DNA of 63,681 bases, filler included, from Deltaproteobacteria bacterium (lineage in GTDB: Bacteria > JAUYMQ01), in NCBI GenBank assembly GCA_030698575.1. It is 9 parts of 9 records of this genome, joined end to end, with 100 filler letters (N's around TTAATTAATTAA, not from the genome) between each part and the next. Parts side by side here need not be neighbours in the genome. Positions count along the whole stretch, not along the records: positions 1 to 22,240 come from JAUYMQ010000478.1; positions 22,341 to 25,351 come from JAUYMQ010000516.1; positions 25,452 to 33,753 come from JAUYMQ010000518.1; 6 more parts are not named here. One strand, written 5' to 3'. Below, one piece after another: positions 20,867 to 30,713 of the stretch; the stretch's first letter is position 1, and every line of letters begins with the position of its first letter. The notes under the pieces were generated by a model. The model saw nothing but the letters and a program-made list of their open reading frames with translations, had not been told where the DNA came from and ran no database searches. A program made the position numbers and the translations under genes.

Positions 20867-21229
20867 ATGGCAGGCAGGATCCTTCGCGGACTCGGTATGG
20901 CGATCGCCGCGGTCGCCTTCTTGGGCCTGACCGGCGCCGCCGCCGTGGCCCAGAACATCCCGGAGCCCGACCCGAACCTCAAGCAAACGTTCACCGGCGA
21001 GGTTGTTTACAAGGGAAAGGCCGGCACGAACTACGGCGTTCTGGCCGTGTACAACTCCGACGAGAAGTACGCCAAGGAGTTCAAGTTCAAGACCGAGGAG
21101 TACGAGAAGCTCGAGATCAACGAGGGCGACGAGGTCCGGGTGACCTGGGTCGGCCCCAGGAAGGACCGCACGACCCGCAATGAGCTGAAGATCAAAAAGA
21201 TCCAGGCCGGTGACAACGACGACGAATGA
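20867..21229 (+). CDS. Hypothetical secreted protein (beta-rich, possibly OB-fold)
   Basis: Signal peptide ending AAAVA-Q; RBS; promoter. Confidence 0.65.
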   Translation: MAGRILRGLGMAIAAVAFLGLTGAAAVAQNIPEPDPNLKQTFTGEVVYKGKAGTNYGVLAVYNSDEKYAKEFKFKTEEYEKLEINEGDEVRVTWVGPRKDRTTRNELKIKKIQAGDNDDE

Positions 21230-22129
21230 TCAGAAGCCGAACCTCCCCTTCCTGTTGGCGTAGGGGTCGGGCCATTCGTAGAAATAGATCCGCCTGGGCT
21301 CCACCACGAAGTCGATCCCGCTGTCGTAGAAGCGCTGGTAGAATTCCCGGGTGGGCTTCGGGAGCGGATTGGCGGCAACCACGGCCCTCATGACCGTATC
21401 ATCGTAATCGCCATCGCCCGACTTCCGCACGAACTTGAACTTCGTGATATTCCCCTCACGGTCGAATCGGACATTGATCGTGGCGATGAGCTCCCGCTCC
21501 CGGTACTTCTCCGGCACCTCCCAGCGGTCGATCACTTGCCAGAACATCCTGTCGTAGGTCTCGAGATCTTCACGCTTCGGGTTGTACATGGACCGCGCGA
21601 GGTAGACGATCGGACGCCTGGGCGCGACACCGCTTCCCACGCCGTCGCCGAGACCCCCTCCCCTCCCGCTTCCGCTCCCTCCACCGCTGCTCCCGGTCAG
21701 GCCCGACAGCTGCGACAGATCCATGTATTCGTTCTCGGCGACCTTCGCGCTAAGCGAGTTGTCAGGCGGCGCCACCGGCGCCGTCTTCTCGGCAAGGGGG
21801 TTGATCTTGACGGGCTCGACGGGCTTCTCGGGTTTGACGACGGGCTTCGGTCGCGGCCTGGGCTTCACCACCGGCTTGGGAACGGGCTTCGCCGCCTCGG
21901 GCTTCGGCGCGGGCCCGGATCCGCCGCCGGGCTCCTCCATCTTCGGCGGCTCGATGATCGGCACGATCCAGGTCACCTTCAGCGGATCCACCACGGGTGC
22001 CGCTATCCGGGCCACCATGGCCGCAAGCGAGATCACGATGAAGGCGTGAAACAAGGCGCTCGCCATCAGGGCCCGCGACAGTTTCGGCGCGGAAACATCA
22101 TCGATGGGGTCGGCGAAGATATCCTTCAT
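21230..22129 (-). CDS. TonB/TolA-like protein with C-terminal TonB domain
   Basis: N-terminal SALFH anchor, Pro/Lys-rich linker, FDREGNI...KSGDGDYDDTVMRAV...PLP. Confidence 0.8.
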   Translation of the reverse strand: MKDIFADPIDDVSAPKLSRALMASALFHAFIVISLAAMVARIAAPVVDPLKVTWIVPIIEPPKMEEPGGGSGPAPKPEAAKPVPKPVVKPRPRPKPVVKPEKPVEPVKINPLAEKTAPVAPPDNSLSAKVAENEYMDLSQLSGLTGSSGGGSGSGRGGGLGDGVGSGVAPRRPIVYLARSMYNPKREDLETYDRMFWQVIDRWEVPEKYRERELIATINVRFDREGNITKFKFVRKSGDGDYDDTVMRAVVAANPLPKPTREFYQRFYDSGIDFVVEPRRIYFYEWPDPYANRKGRFGF

Positions 22130-22156
22130 GGAGAGTTCCAGGGGCTTCGGTTCAAT

Positions 22157-22240
22157 TCAACGTCTCTTGCGGAGCAGCACGTAGAGCGCACCGGCGCCAC
22201 CATCCACCGGGCGCGCGCTCGTGAAAGCCAGCACGGCGCG
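22157..22240 (-). CDS. Smr domain protein, C-terminal fragment
   Basis: Reverse strand reads RAVLAFTSARPVDGGAGALYVLLRKRR*. Confidence 0.75.
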   Translation of the reverse strand, partial: RAVLAFTSARPVDGGAGALYVLLRKRR

Positions 22241-22340
22241 NNNNNNNNNNNNNNNNNNNNNNNNNNNNNNNNNNNNNNNNNNNNTTAATTAATTAANNNN
22301 NNNNNNNNNNNNNNNNNNNNNNNNNNNNNNNNNNNNNNNN
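22241..22340. other. Artificial contig linker
   Basis: N44-TTAATTAATTAA-N44. Confidence 0.98.
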
Positions 22341-22342
22341 TC

Positions 22343-22423
22343 CAGGTCGTCGCCCTCGTCCTCCCGACCCTCAAGCTCGAGATCCAGGCGTCCGCCGCAT
22401 CAGAGACTAACCCAAACGGTTAA
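22343..22423 (+). CDS. RidA/YjgF family protein, C-terminal fragment
   Basis: QVVALVLPTLKLEIQASAA resembles the RidA C-terminal V..L..P...EI.A.A. Confidence 0.5.
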   Translation, partial: QVVALVLPTLKLEIQASAASETNPNG

Positions 22424-22495
22424 CTGTTTGCGACGAGGCGCGGTGCCAATCCCGGGGGAGAAGGAGCGGCGGGTCGTCGCCACAGGGAGGGAGCC

Positions 22496-23251
22496 ATGGC
22501 AGGACTGAAAGGCAAGACGGCGCTCGTCACGGGCGGAAGCCGGGGTTACGGACGCGGGATCGTCGAGGCGCTCGCGTCCCAGGGCATGCGCGTGGTGGCG
22601 GTCGCGCGCGACGCCGCGCGCCTCGAGGCGCTCGAGAAAGAGGTCAAGGGAGAGGTAGTCGGCGTCAGCGCCGACGTGACGGACGGCGCCGCCGCCGCGC
22701 GCATCATGGGCCGCGAGCGGCCCGACGTGCTCGTGCTGATGGCCGGCGCCCTCGGCACCCATCGGCCGACGCGCTTTCACACCTGGGAAACGTTCTCCAC
22801 CTTCTGGGAAACCGACATGAAGGGCGCCTTCCTCTGGGCGCGTGAGGCGCTGCTGCTACCCCTCCCTGAGGGGAGCACCATTGTCGTGGGTTCGAGCACG
22901 GCCGCCACCTCGAGTTTCCAGCTCCTCGGTGCCTACGCCTCCACCAAGTCGGCCCTCTGGACGCTGAGCCGCTGCCTGGCGAGCGAGGCGAAGGAGATGG
23001 GAATCACCGTGCGCTGCCTGTTGCCCGTGCTTTCGCGAGAGACCGATCAGGGGCGCGAGGCCGTGGCCGAGTTTGCCAGGCGCCTCGGCGCGCCCGAGAG
23101 TGCCATCGTCGCGCAGATGGGACTGGAACCACCGCTGACTCCGGCGGCGGTGGGCGAGGGCGTCGTTCGAATGCTCACCGACAGCGGCCTTGGCGACTCC
23201 GTGGGGTTCAAGATCTCCACCGCGGGTCTCGATCCGGTCGCTGCCCCCTGA
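22496..23251 (+). CDS. SDR family oxidoreductase
   Basis: ALVTGGSRGYG, ADVTD, YASTK. Confidence 0.9.
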   Translation: MAGLKGKTALVTGGSRGYGRGIVEALASQGMRVVAVARDAARLEALEKEVKGEVVGVSADVTDGAAAARIMGRERPDVLVLMAGALGTHRPTRFHTWETFSTFWETDMKGAFLWAREALLLPLPEGSTIVVGSSTAATSSFQLLGAYASTKSALWTLSRCLASEAKEMGITVRCLLPVLSRETDQGREAVAEFARRLGAPESAIVAQMGLEPPLTPAAVGEGVVRMLTDSGLGDSVGFKISTAGLDPVAAP

Positions 23252-23429
23252 ATCGACCTGCCCTGGCCCTGTCGCGGGGCCCCGGCATCCCCTGTATCCG
23301 CCCCCCGCAGTCCTAAGAGATCCGTACGACCCCATCTTGTGCGGAAGTTGCGTCTGTTTTAGGCTGCGGACGCTGCGGTAGCTTGCGGCGCCGTCCACTT
23401 CCAATCGCCCGCCTTATCGAGGAGCGCCC

Positions 23430-23741
23430 ATGCCCGACACGCGCCCGCGCATCATCGCTCACTTCGCCGTGAAGCCGGAACATTCCGCGGACTTCATGAA
23501 GGCAATCCAGGAAACGCTCATCGCCCCCGCGCTGAAAGAGCCGGGGTGCATCCAGTATGATCTCTGGCAGGACGCCGCCGACCCCACGCGGTTCGCCATG
23601 GTGGAGGTGTGGGAGAGCGACGAAGCGCTGGAGACGCACCTGGCGCTGCCGTCGCTGCAGAAAGCGGTGGGGGGCCTCATGCCGATGGCTGCGGAGCGCC
23701 CGAAGGTGCAGCGTTTCCGGGCGCTCGTCGGCGGCGCCTGA
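23430..23741 (+). CDS. Antibiotic biosynthesis monooxygenase (ABM) family protein
   Basis: KEPGCIQYDL...FAMVEVWES...H. Confidence 0.85.
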   Translation: MPDTRPRIIAHFAVKPEHSADFMKAIQETLIAPALKEPGCIQYDLWQDAADPTRFAMVEVWESDEALETHLALPSLQKAVGGLMPMAAERPKVQRFRALVGGA

Positions 23742-23754
23742 GGCGGCCGGAGCA

Positions 23755-24522
23755 ATGGACTACAAGCACATCACCCTGGAAACGGACGGTGATCTGGCGC
23801 TCGTGACGATGCGACGTCCGGAGCAGCGAAACGCGCTCTCGGAAGCCCATCTCCGGGAACTGCTCGACGCCTTCCGGCGAATCGGGGACGGGCGCGCCCG
23901 GGGAGCCATCCTCGCGGCCGAGGGACCCGTCTTCAGCGCCGGGCATGACTTCTCCGACATGGCCGATCGCGATCTCTCCGAGATGCGAAAGTTGCTGGGT
24001 GTCTGCGCCGAGGTGATGAAGATGATCCAGGCCGTTCCGCAGCCCGTCATCGCCCAGGTCCAGGGGCTCGCGACGGCCGCAGGATGTCAGCTCGTGGCGG
24101 CCTGCGATCTCGCTGTTGCCTCCGAGACCGCGCGCTTCCAGGTTCCGGGCGGGATAGGCGGGTGGTTCTGCACGACCCCGGGCGTGGCGCTGGTGAGGGC
24201 CGTCGGGCGCAAGCACGCCCTCGAGATGCTGCTCACGGGCGATCCGATCGATGCGCCGACCGCCATGGCCTGGGGGCTCGTGAACCGGGTGGTGCCGGAA
24301 GGGCAGCTCGAGAAGGAGACGCGCGCGCTGCTGGGACGAGCGACGCGGGGAAGCGCGCTTTCGAAGGGGATCGGCAAGCGCGCCTTTTACCGCCAGGTCG
24401 ACATGGAGCTGGGCGCCGCCTACAACTATGCCACCGAGGTGATGGCCGAAAGCTCGCAGACGGACGACGCCCGGGAGAACGTCCGCGCCTTTCTTGAAAA
24501 GCGAAAACCACGTTTCAAGTAG
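23755..24522 (+). CDS. Enoyl-CoA hydratase/isomerase family protein
   Basis: FSAGHD, PQPVIAQVQGLATAAGCQLVAACD, AFLEKRKP. Confidence 0.9.
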   Translation: MDYKHITLETDGDLALVTMRRPEQRNALSEAHLRELLDAFRRIGDGRARGAILAAEGPVFSAGHDFSDMADRDLSEMRKLLGVCAEVMKMIQAVPQPVIAQVQGLATAAGCQLVAACDLAVASETARFQVPGGIGGWFCTTPGVALVRAVGRKHALEMLLTGDPIDAPTAMAWGLVNRVVPEGQLEKETRALLGRATRGSALSKGIGKRAFYRQVDMELGAAYNYATEVMAESSQTDDARENVRAFLEKRKPRFK

Positions 24523-24738
24523 CGGGGTCCGCCTTCCCGTTCCACACGTCGCCGGCGCCCAGGCTCCGTCGCTCCCGCGCACCTGACGGGGCGCTACTTC
24601 CGTGCTAGATTCACCGCCGTTGTGGCCGGTTAAGTGAACCCGCGAGCCCCCTCAGCACGTCCGCGCCCTTTCCGACCGTCACTCCGGACGACACCGCCGA
24701 ACGACGCATCGAGACGAGAGGAATCATTGCCTAGTGAC

Positions 24739-25351
24739 ATGAAGCGCAAGCGAAAGAAGGCGCTCCGGGTCTGGCCGGGGCGTCCCTACCCGCTGGGGGC
24801 CACCTGGGACGGCGCCGGCGTCAACTTCGCGCTCTTTTCGGAGAACGCGTCGAAGGTGGAGTTGTGTCTCTTCGACGGCGTGGACGCCACCGGGGAACGC
24901 ACCCGGATTGTCCTCCCGGAGCAGACCGACATGGTCTGGCACGTCTATCTGCCGGACGTCCGGCCCGGCCAGATCTACGGCTTCCAGGTTCACGGCCCCT
25001 ACGAGCCGAAGAAGGGGGATCGGTTCAATCCCGCCAAGGTGCTCGTGGATCCCTACGCCAAGGCCATCGGCCGCACGACCGAGTGGCGCGACGAGATGTT
25101 CGGCTACGAGATCGGGGGTCCGAAAGAGGATCTTGCGATCGATCAACGCGACAACGCCGCCTTTACGCCCCTCGCGGCCGTCATCGACAGCGCCTTCACC
25201 TGGGGGGACGACAAGCCGCCGGCCATCGACTGGCACAAGACGATCATCTACGAGCTTCACGTGAAAGGGTTCACGCAGCGCCACCCCGACATCCCGGAGG
25301 AACTCCGGGGGACCTACGCCGGTCTGGCGACGGAGCCGGCCATCCGGCACC
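24739..25351 (+). CDS. glgX: Glycogen debranching enzyme, N-terminal part
   Basis: [45 protein letters not shown]. Confidence 0.93.
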
Positions 25352-25451
25352 NNNNNNNNNNNNNNNNNNNNNNNNNNNNNNNNNNNNNNNNNNNNTTAAT
25401 TAATTAANNNNNNNNNNNNNNNNNNNNNNNNNNNNNNNNNNNNNNNNNNNN
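25352..25451. other. Artificial contig linker
   Basis: N44-TTAATTAATTAA-N44. Confidence 0.98.
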
Positions 25452-25790
25452 GGCCATCTCCCGAAGGAAGGAATGCTCGGGGAATGCCGCTTTCACACCG
25501 GAAGCGTAGGCAAAAGGCTGTCCAGCGATGACGTTTTCGAGGGGAGAACCCTCGATCGGGTAGCAAAGATTTCCGCTGAGTTTTCCCTGAAGGCTCGCGG
25601 CTACCGCCCCGAGCGAGGTGTCGTAGGGGCCCTGGAGTTCCCCGACGAGCGCGCAGGAGACCCGGAGCGACCGGGCCAGGTGATGAACCAGGAGGGGAAA
25701 GAACTCGGATCCCGAAGCGGGCGCGATACCGAGGGCAATCTCCCCGAGGATTTCCTCGCGGGACCTCGCTGCATTTCTGGGATGCTCCAT
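25452..25790 (-). CDS. GAF-domain signalling protein, N-terminal part
   Basis: GSEFFPLLVHHLARSL...VGEL...YPIEGSP...VKAAFP typical GAF sensor start. Confidence 0.65.
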
Positions 25791-26113
25791 CAAACCTTCC
25801 CTTGCAACCCCACGGCGTGGATGGGGAATGCGGGGGTTAGGGAAACAGGAAACTGCTTCGATCTATCGGTGAAAGGCGGGCTCTGGTTGAGAGCGGGTGC
25901 GATAGGCGAGGGGGCCGGAGACCGTCCCGCCGGGGAAGGCGGGCCGACTCGCGGGTCCCGGAGATTCAAGTTATTATGATGAAAGCACCTGGCTGGCGGG
26001 TCCGCGTCTTGCGGTCAAGTGGCCAGAAATAAAGGTGTTTTCAGAGGGGAGTGTTTTTCAAGAGAAGTATCTTCCAAGAAGGGTCCGCGACAGGGACCGA
26101 AGGAGGGGGCGCC

Positions 26114-28027
26114 ATGGCCGAGGATCATCTCAAGGGACAGGTCACCGAAGAGGAGGCCCGCGAGGTCGCCGAGGACGCGCGCGAGGAGAAGTGGGAGAAC
26201 CCGAGCTTCACCAAGGAGCTCTTCATGGGGAACTTCCGGCTTGACCTCCTCCATCCGTTCCCCGAGGAGACCCCGGAGCAGCGGGCGAAGGGGGACGCCT
26301 ATCTCGATAAGCTCGGTCCCTTCATTCGTGATCACATCGATGCCGACGAGATCGACGCCACCGGTGACATGCCCCCTGCTGTTCTCGAGGGGCTGCGACA
26401 GCTTGGCGCCTTCGGAATGAAAATACCGGAAACCTACGGCGGGCTCGGTCTTTCGCAGACTTCCTACAGCCGCGCCGTCGAGATGGTGACCTCGCACTGC
26501 GGCTCGACGGCCGCCTGGCTTTCAGCGCACCAGTCCATCGGTGTTCCGCAGCCCCTGAAGCTTTTCGGAACCGATGAGCAGAAGAAGAAGTACTTCCCAC
26601 GGCTCGCTGCCGGAGCGATATCTGCCTTCGCGCTGACGGAGCCCGAGGTCGGCTCCGACCCGGCGAACATGCGCACGACGGCCGAGCCGGTGGAGGGAGG
26701 GAAATTCTTCGAGATCACGGGCGAAAAACTCTGGTGCACGAACGGCGCCGTCGCCGACGTCCTGGTCGTGATGGCCCGGACGCCCTCGAAGATGGTGAAC
26801 GGGCGGGAGAGGAAGCAGATCACGGCTTTCATCGTCGAGAAGGGCATGCCCGGCTTCGAGGTCATTCACCGCTGCCGCTTCATGGGAATGAACGGCATCC
26901 AGAACGGGCTCCTGCGGTTCAACAAGGTGCGCGTTCCGCGAGAGAACATCCTCTGGGGCGAGGGGCTGGGATTGAAGCTTGCGCTCATCACGCTGAATAC
27001 CGGCAGGCTGACGCTGCCCGCTTCCTGCGTGGGGACGACGAAGCGCTGCATCGAGATCCTGCGCGACTGGGCGAATGAACGAATCCAGTGGGGCACCGCC
27101 ATCGGCAAGCACGAGGCAGTGGCGACAAGAATCGCAGACATGACTTCCATGACGTTCGCCATGGAAGCGCTCACTTACCTGACCTGCGGCATGGTCGATC
27201 GCGGGGGATACGACATCCGGATCGAAGCGGCGGCTGCGAAGCTCTACAACACCGAAGCAACCTGGGCGATCCTCCACGACACGCTTCAGATCCGCGGCGG
27301 CCGTGGCTACGAGACCGCTCCCTCGCTGCGGGCCCGGGGCGAGAAGCCCATTCCCGTCGAGCGGATGGTTCGTGATTTCCGCGTGAACCTGATTCTCGAA
27401 GGCTCCACCGAGATCATGCACCTGTTCCTGGCGCGAGAGGCCGTGGATGCGCACTTTCAGCTCGCCGGGGTGCTCCTGGACCCGCGCGCCCCGGTTTCCG
27501 CCAAGGTTAAAGCGTTCGGAAAGGCCGCCGCTTTCTACGCGCGCTGGTATCCCACGCGCTGGCTCGCCGGGCTCCGGAGTCTTCGGTCCTACGACGAGTT
27601 CGGGGATCTGGCGAGGCACGTTCGCTACGTCGACCGGACCGCTGGTCGGCTGGCCCGCGGCGTCTTCCACTGCATGATGCTGTATCAGGCGAAGTTGGAG
27701 AAGAGGCAGCTGCTGCTGGCGCGTCTCGTGGACGTCGGCGCGGAACTTCTCGTGATGACCGCCGCCTGCGCCCGTGCCCAGGCAATGCGCAAGCGCGGGG
27801 AGAACGGAGAGAAGGCCGTCGCACTCGCCGATCACTTTTGCCGCGGCGCGCGCCGGCGCATCGACGATCTGTTCCGTAGGCTCTGGCGGAACGAGGACGT
27901 CCGATCCTACCGGCTCGCCCAGCGGGTTCTCGCCGGCGAGCACACCTGGCTCGAGGAGGGCCTGGCGCCGACCTACCCTGGGGTTCCCGCCGAGGCCCCG
28001 CGAGCGGCGGCCGGCGGCGCGCGCTGA
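26114..28027 (+). CDS. Long acyl-CoA dehydrogenase (VLCAD/ACAD9-like)
   Basis: AHQSIG, FALTEPEVGSD, GEKLWCTNG, GGRGYE, ILEGSTEI. Confidence 0.92.
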   Translation: MAEDHLKGQVTEEEAREVAEDAREEKWENPSFTKELFMGNFRLDLLHPFPEETPEQRAKGDAYLDKLGPFIRDHIDADEIDATGDMPPAVLEGLRQLGAFGMKIPETYGGLGLSQTSYSRAVEMVTSHCGSTAAWLSAHQSIGVPQPLKLFGTDEQKKKYFPRLAAGAISAFALTEPEVGSDPANMRTTAEPVEGGKFFEITGEKLWCTNGAVADVLVVMARTPSKMVNGRERKQITAFIVEKGMPGFEVIHRCRFMGMNGIQNGLLRFNKVRVPRENILWGEGLGLKLALITLNTGRLTLPASCVGTTKRCIEILRDWANERIQWGTAIGKHEAVATRIADMTSMTFAMEALTYLTCGMVDRGGYDIRIEAAAAKLYNTEATWAILHDTLQIRGGRGYETAPSLRARGEKPIPVERMVRDFRVNLILEGSTEIMHLFLAREAVDAHFQLAGVLLDPRAPVSAKVKAFGKAAAFYARWYPTRWLAGLRSLRSYDEFGDLARHVRYVDRTAGRLARGVFHCMMLYQAKLEKRQLLLARLVDVGAELLVMTAACARAQAMRKRGENGEKAVALADHFCRGARRRIDDLFRRLWRNEDVRSYRLAQRVLAGEHTWLEEGLAPTYPGVPAEAPRAAAGGAR

Positions 28028-28064
28028 CCGGTTCCGCCGGAGTTTCTTCGGGCGCTGAATGTCG

Positions 28065-28114
28065 AGACCCCGCTCTCCCATCCGCGGCACGGACGGGAGG
28101 GGCGGGGTCTTCTT
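28065..28114. terminator. Long hairpin between convergent genes (possible bidirectional terminator)
   Basis: AGACCCCGCTCTCCC...GGGAGGGGCGGGGTCT inverted repeat. Confidence 0.5.
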
Positions 28115-28121
28115 GCTCCGA

Positions 28122-28517
28122 CTACTCCGAAATGATGATGATCCCGGTCTCGCGAAGTTCGCGGAAGAAGTACTCGCGCGCCTTGCGCTGGGCCCCTTCG
28201 CGGATTCCCCGCTCGTCCGACGTCGCGATTGCCTCTACGCGATAGTTGTTCCCCTCCAGGTGAATCACCTTGATCGAGAGGCGAATTTCATGAAAAGCGA
28301 GTCCGCCCTCCACGCGCCCCTCGGCTACCAGGATCTGATGGGAACGATCGATGGCCTTGACGTCGAAGTGCATTCCCTCGGCGGCCTGCGCGCATCGTTC
28401 GAGGACCGCGCCCAGATCGTCATCGCGAACAATCGCCGAGCGCTGACCTGGAAGCGCGCAGTTCATCCCCGCCAGGAACAGGAGGGCGATGAGGGCCCCG
28501 AGCAGTCCGGAGCGCAT
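28122..28517 (-). CDS. Hypothetical exported/lipoprotein
   Basis: MRSGLLGALIALLFLAGMNC signal; start could also be TTG 28556. Confidence 0.55.
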   Translation of the reverse strand: MRSGLLGALIALLFLAGMNCALPGQRSAIVRDDDLGAVLERCAQAAEGMHFDVKAIDRSHQILVAEGRVEGGLAFHEIRLSIKVIHLEGNNYRVEAIATSDERGIREGAQRKAREYFFRELRETGIIIISE

Positions 28518-28680
28518 GAGGCTTCGCGCCGCAGGGTGGATCGAAGCAGGTTTCAAGGGAAGTACTCTCCGGGAAGAGGGGCAGCTCGCGAGCCTATCCG
28601 CGCGGGGGAATCATATAACAGGCGCCGGGGCGAAAGGGAAGTTTGCAGGCGGCCCGCGCATTGCATAGGATGAACGCCTC

Positions 28681-29400
28681 ATGCCAGAAACGCGCCGCGG
28701 CTTTCCGAAAGTCGAGCACCTTCCTCACTGGAAAAGAAGGCTGGCGCTCGGCGCCGCTCTGGCGCTTCTCATTGCCTGCGGGAAACCCCTCACCGGAAGC
28801 GGATACCTCGGCGCCTACGCGGACATGAAGGCCAACCGGTACCTCGAGGCCGAGAGCCACCTTCCCTGGCTCCGGATCGATCGGGACGCGGTGCTTCTCA
28901 TCCAGCCGGTTCAGGCCTACTTCTACAGGGGGCGACGCCCGGTCGCCTTTCCGCGCCTGGCCCAGGCCTTCCAGGAGGCGCTGGCGCGGGAGATCGGAAA
29001 GACGCAGCTCTTCGCCCGCGTCGAAGAGGGAAGCTCGCTGATGATTCCCGCATACGCCGACTGGGGGCTGCACGCGGTCCTCACCGAAGTTGATCTGGGC
29101 CTTCCGGAGTCGAACCTTGAACCGGGCGTATCCTACCGTGGAGCGAGGAGAATCGGCGTGGAAGGGAAGATCTCGGACCTTCGCGGCGAGAGGACGCTCT
29201 TCAAATTCAAGGACGCGCGGGTGGCGCCTCCACCGAGGGGGCTCAATCCGACCGAAGCCGAAGTGGAAGCGGAACTCGTGCGGGATCTGAACGCCATCGC
29301 GCGGGGCGTGGCCGACACAATGCGCCAGATCCACGCGGAATCGAATCAGGTCAAGCCGCCTGAGGCCCCGCCACCCGCGGACGCGACCCCGGCGCCGTAG
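28681..29400 (+). CDS. DUF3313-like lipoprotein
   Basis: Lipobox LIAC followed by SGYLGAYADM; VEGKISD. Confidence 0.6.
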   Translation: MPETRRGFPKVEHLPHWKRRLALGAALALLIACGKPLTGSGYLGAYADMKANRYLEAESHLPWLRIDRDAVLLIQPVQAYFYRGRRPVAFPRLAQAFQEALAREIGKTQLFARVEEGSSLMIPAYADWGLHAVLTEVDLGLPESNLEPGVSYRGARRIGVEGKISDLRGERTLFKFKDARVAPPPRGLNPTEAEVEAELVRDLNAIARGVADTMRQIHAESNQVKPPEAPPPADATPAP

Positions 29401-30458
29401 AAGGGCAGCTCGGCGACCGTGGCTGCCCCGGCCGGGGTAGTCTTGACCTCGACACGCGTGCCCGGTGCCCTTGCGTCGCGGTCGAGATAGCCCAGCGCAA
29501 GGGGCCGCTTGAGGGTGGGGGAAAGGGCAGCGCTCGTGATCCAGCCGATCTCCGTTCCGTTCCGCTCGAGCTTCGTGCCGTGCGGGGGGAGTACCGCCCC
29601 GCCGTCATCGAGCAGGAGCCCCATCAGCAAGTGTTTGACCTGCCCCTTCGTGTGGACGCGCAGCACGATCTCCTGTCCCCGGTAGCATCCCTTCTTGTGA
29701 TCGAGCGCCTTTTCGAGCCCGGCGGTCTGCGGGAGGGTGTCTTCGCCGAAATCGACGCCCCCGCGGGGATAGCCGGCCTCGATGCGAAGGGTGTCGAGGG
29801 CCGCCCCCCCGACCGCGCGACCGCCCTCGGCCGCGATCCGCTCCAGAAGGGATCCCCAGAGGCCCGGGAGTGTGGCCGCCGGGGCGATGATCTCGAACCC
29901 TTTTTCGCCGGTCCAGGAAGCGCCCGCGAGGAGCACGGTGGCGCCCGCGAAGGGCCGCTCGACGAAGTGGTGGTCGGGGAGTTCGGCAACGGCTCCGCCC
30001 AGGACCCCGGCGGCAACGAGAGGGGCGGCCGGCCCGAACAGGCCCAGCATCCCGAGCGCCTCGCCCTCGTTCGTCAGCGCGGCGTCATCCCCGACGAGAT
30101 ACCGGTCGAGGGAGGCGAAGCCCGCCTCACGCGTCTCGGCAGGCGCGTGCATCAGGAAATCGCTCGAACGCCTGAGCACGATCACCTCCGAAACGATCTT
30201 CCCCCTCCCCGTGAGGCTCAGCGCATAGCAACCCTGGCCCTGCCGGAGGGAGGCGATGTCGTTCGTCAAAATCCCCTGGAGAAATCGCTCTGCGTCGGGC
30301 CCGGAGAGCCGCCACAGGCCCCGGTGCGAGAGATCCGCGACGCCGGCATGGTTCCGAACGGCGAGATGTTCGGCAACGGGGTCGCCGTAGTGGAGCGGAG
30401 CCTCGACGGGCCCAAGGCGTTCCATGGTGGCGCCGAGACGCTCATGCTCGTTTCTCAT
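29346..30458 (-). CDS. GcvT/YgfZ family folate-binding aminomethyltransferase
   Basis: DLSHRG, FLQGILTND, LRIEAG, KGCYRGQE (YgfZ signature). Confidence 0.9.
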   Translation of the reverse strand: MRNEHERLGATMERLGPVEAPLHYGDPVAEHLAVRNHAGVADLSHRGLWRLSGPDAERFLQGILTNDIASLRQGQGCYALSLTGRGKIVSEVIVLRRSSDFLMHAPAETREAGFASLDRYLVGDDAALTNEGEALGMLGLFGPAAPLVAAGVLGGAVAELPDHHFVERPFAGATVLLAGASWTGEKGFEIIAPAATLPGLWGSLLERIAAEGGRAVGGAALDTLRIEAGYPRGGVDFGEDTLPQTAGLEKALDHKKGCYRGQEIVLRVHTKGQVKHLLMGLLLDDGGAVLPPHGTKLERNGTEIGWITSAALSPTLKRPLALGYLDRDARAPGTRVEVKTTPAGAATVAELPFYGAGVASAGGGASGGLT

Positions 30459-30713
30459 GGAGCCACTCTAGCATCGTTCCCGGCGCTTCGCGCAGTGCGG
30501 CATCATAACCTGCGCCCGGTCCCGGCTCCTCCGGGCCATGGTGCTTTCGCGGTGCGTCACTATACGGTTAGTCCGGGCTTCTGTGGCGTACCTCCGTTGA
30601 TAATTTTTGAAAACTTCTGATAGAGTTGAATCTCTTTTCGCCGTCGGTGGCTTCACACTGCCGCGCGGCTTGTGATCCGTCGGACGGCACCCTTAAACGC
30701 TCCGGGGGTGAGA

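Noticed and set aside
29346-29400. Tail-to-tail gene overlaps (also 6821-6836, 45294-45334, 55503-55534)
   Set aside because: Short convergent overlaps are common in GC-rich genomes
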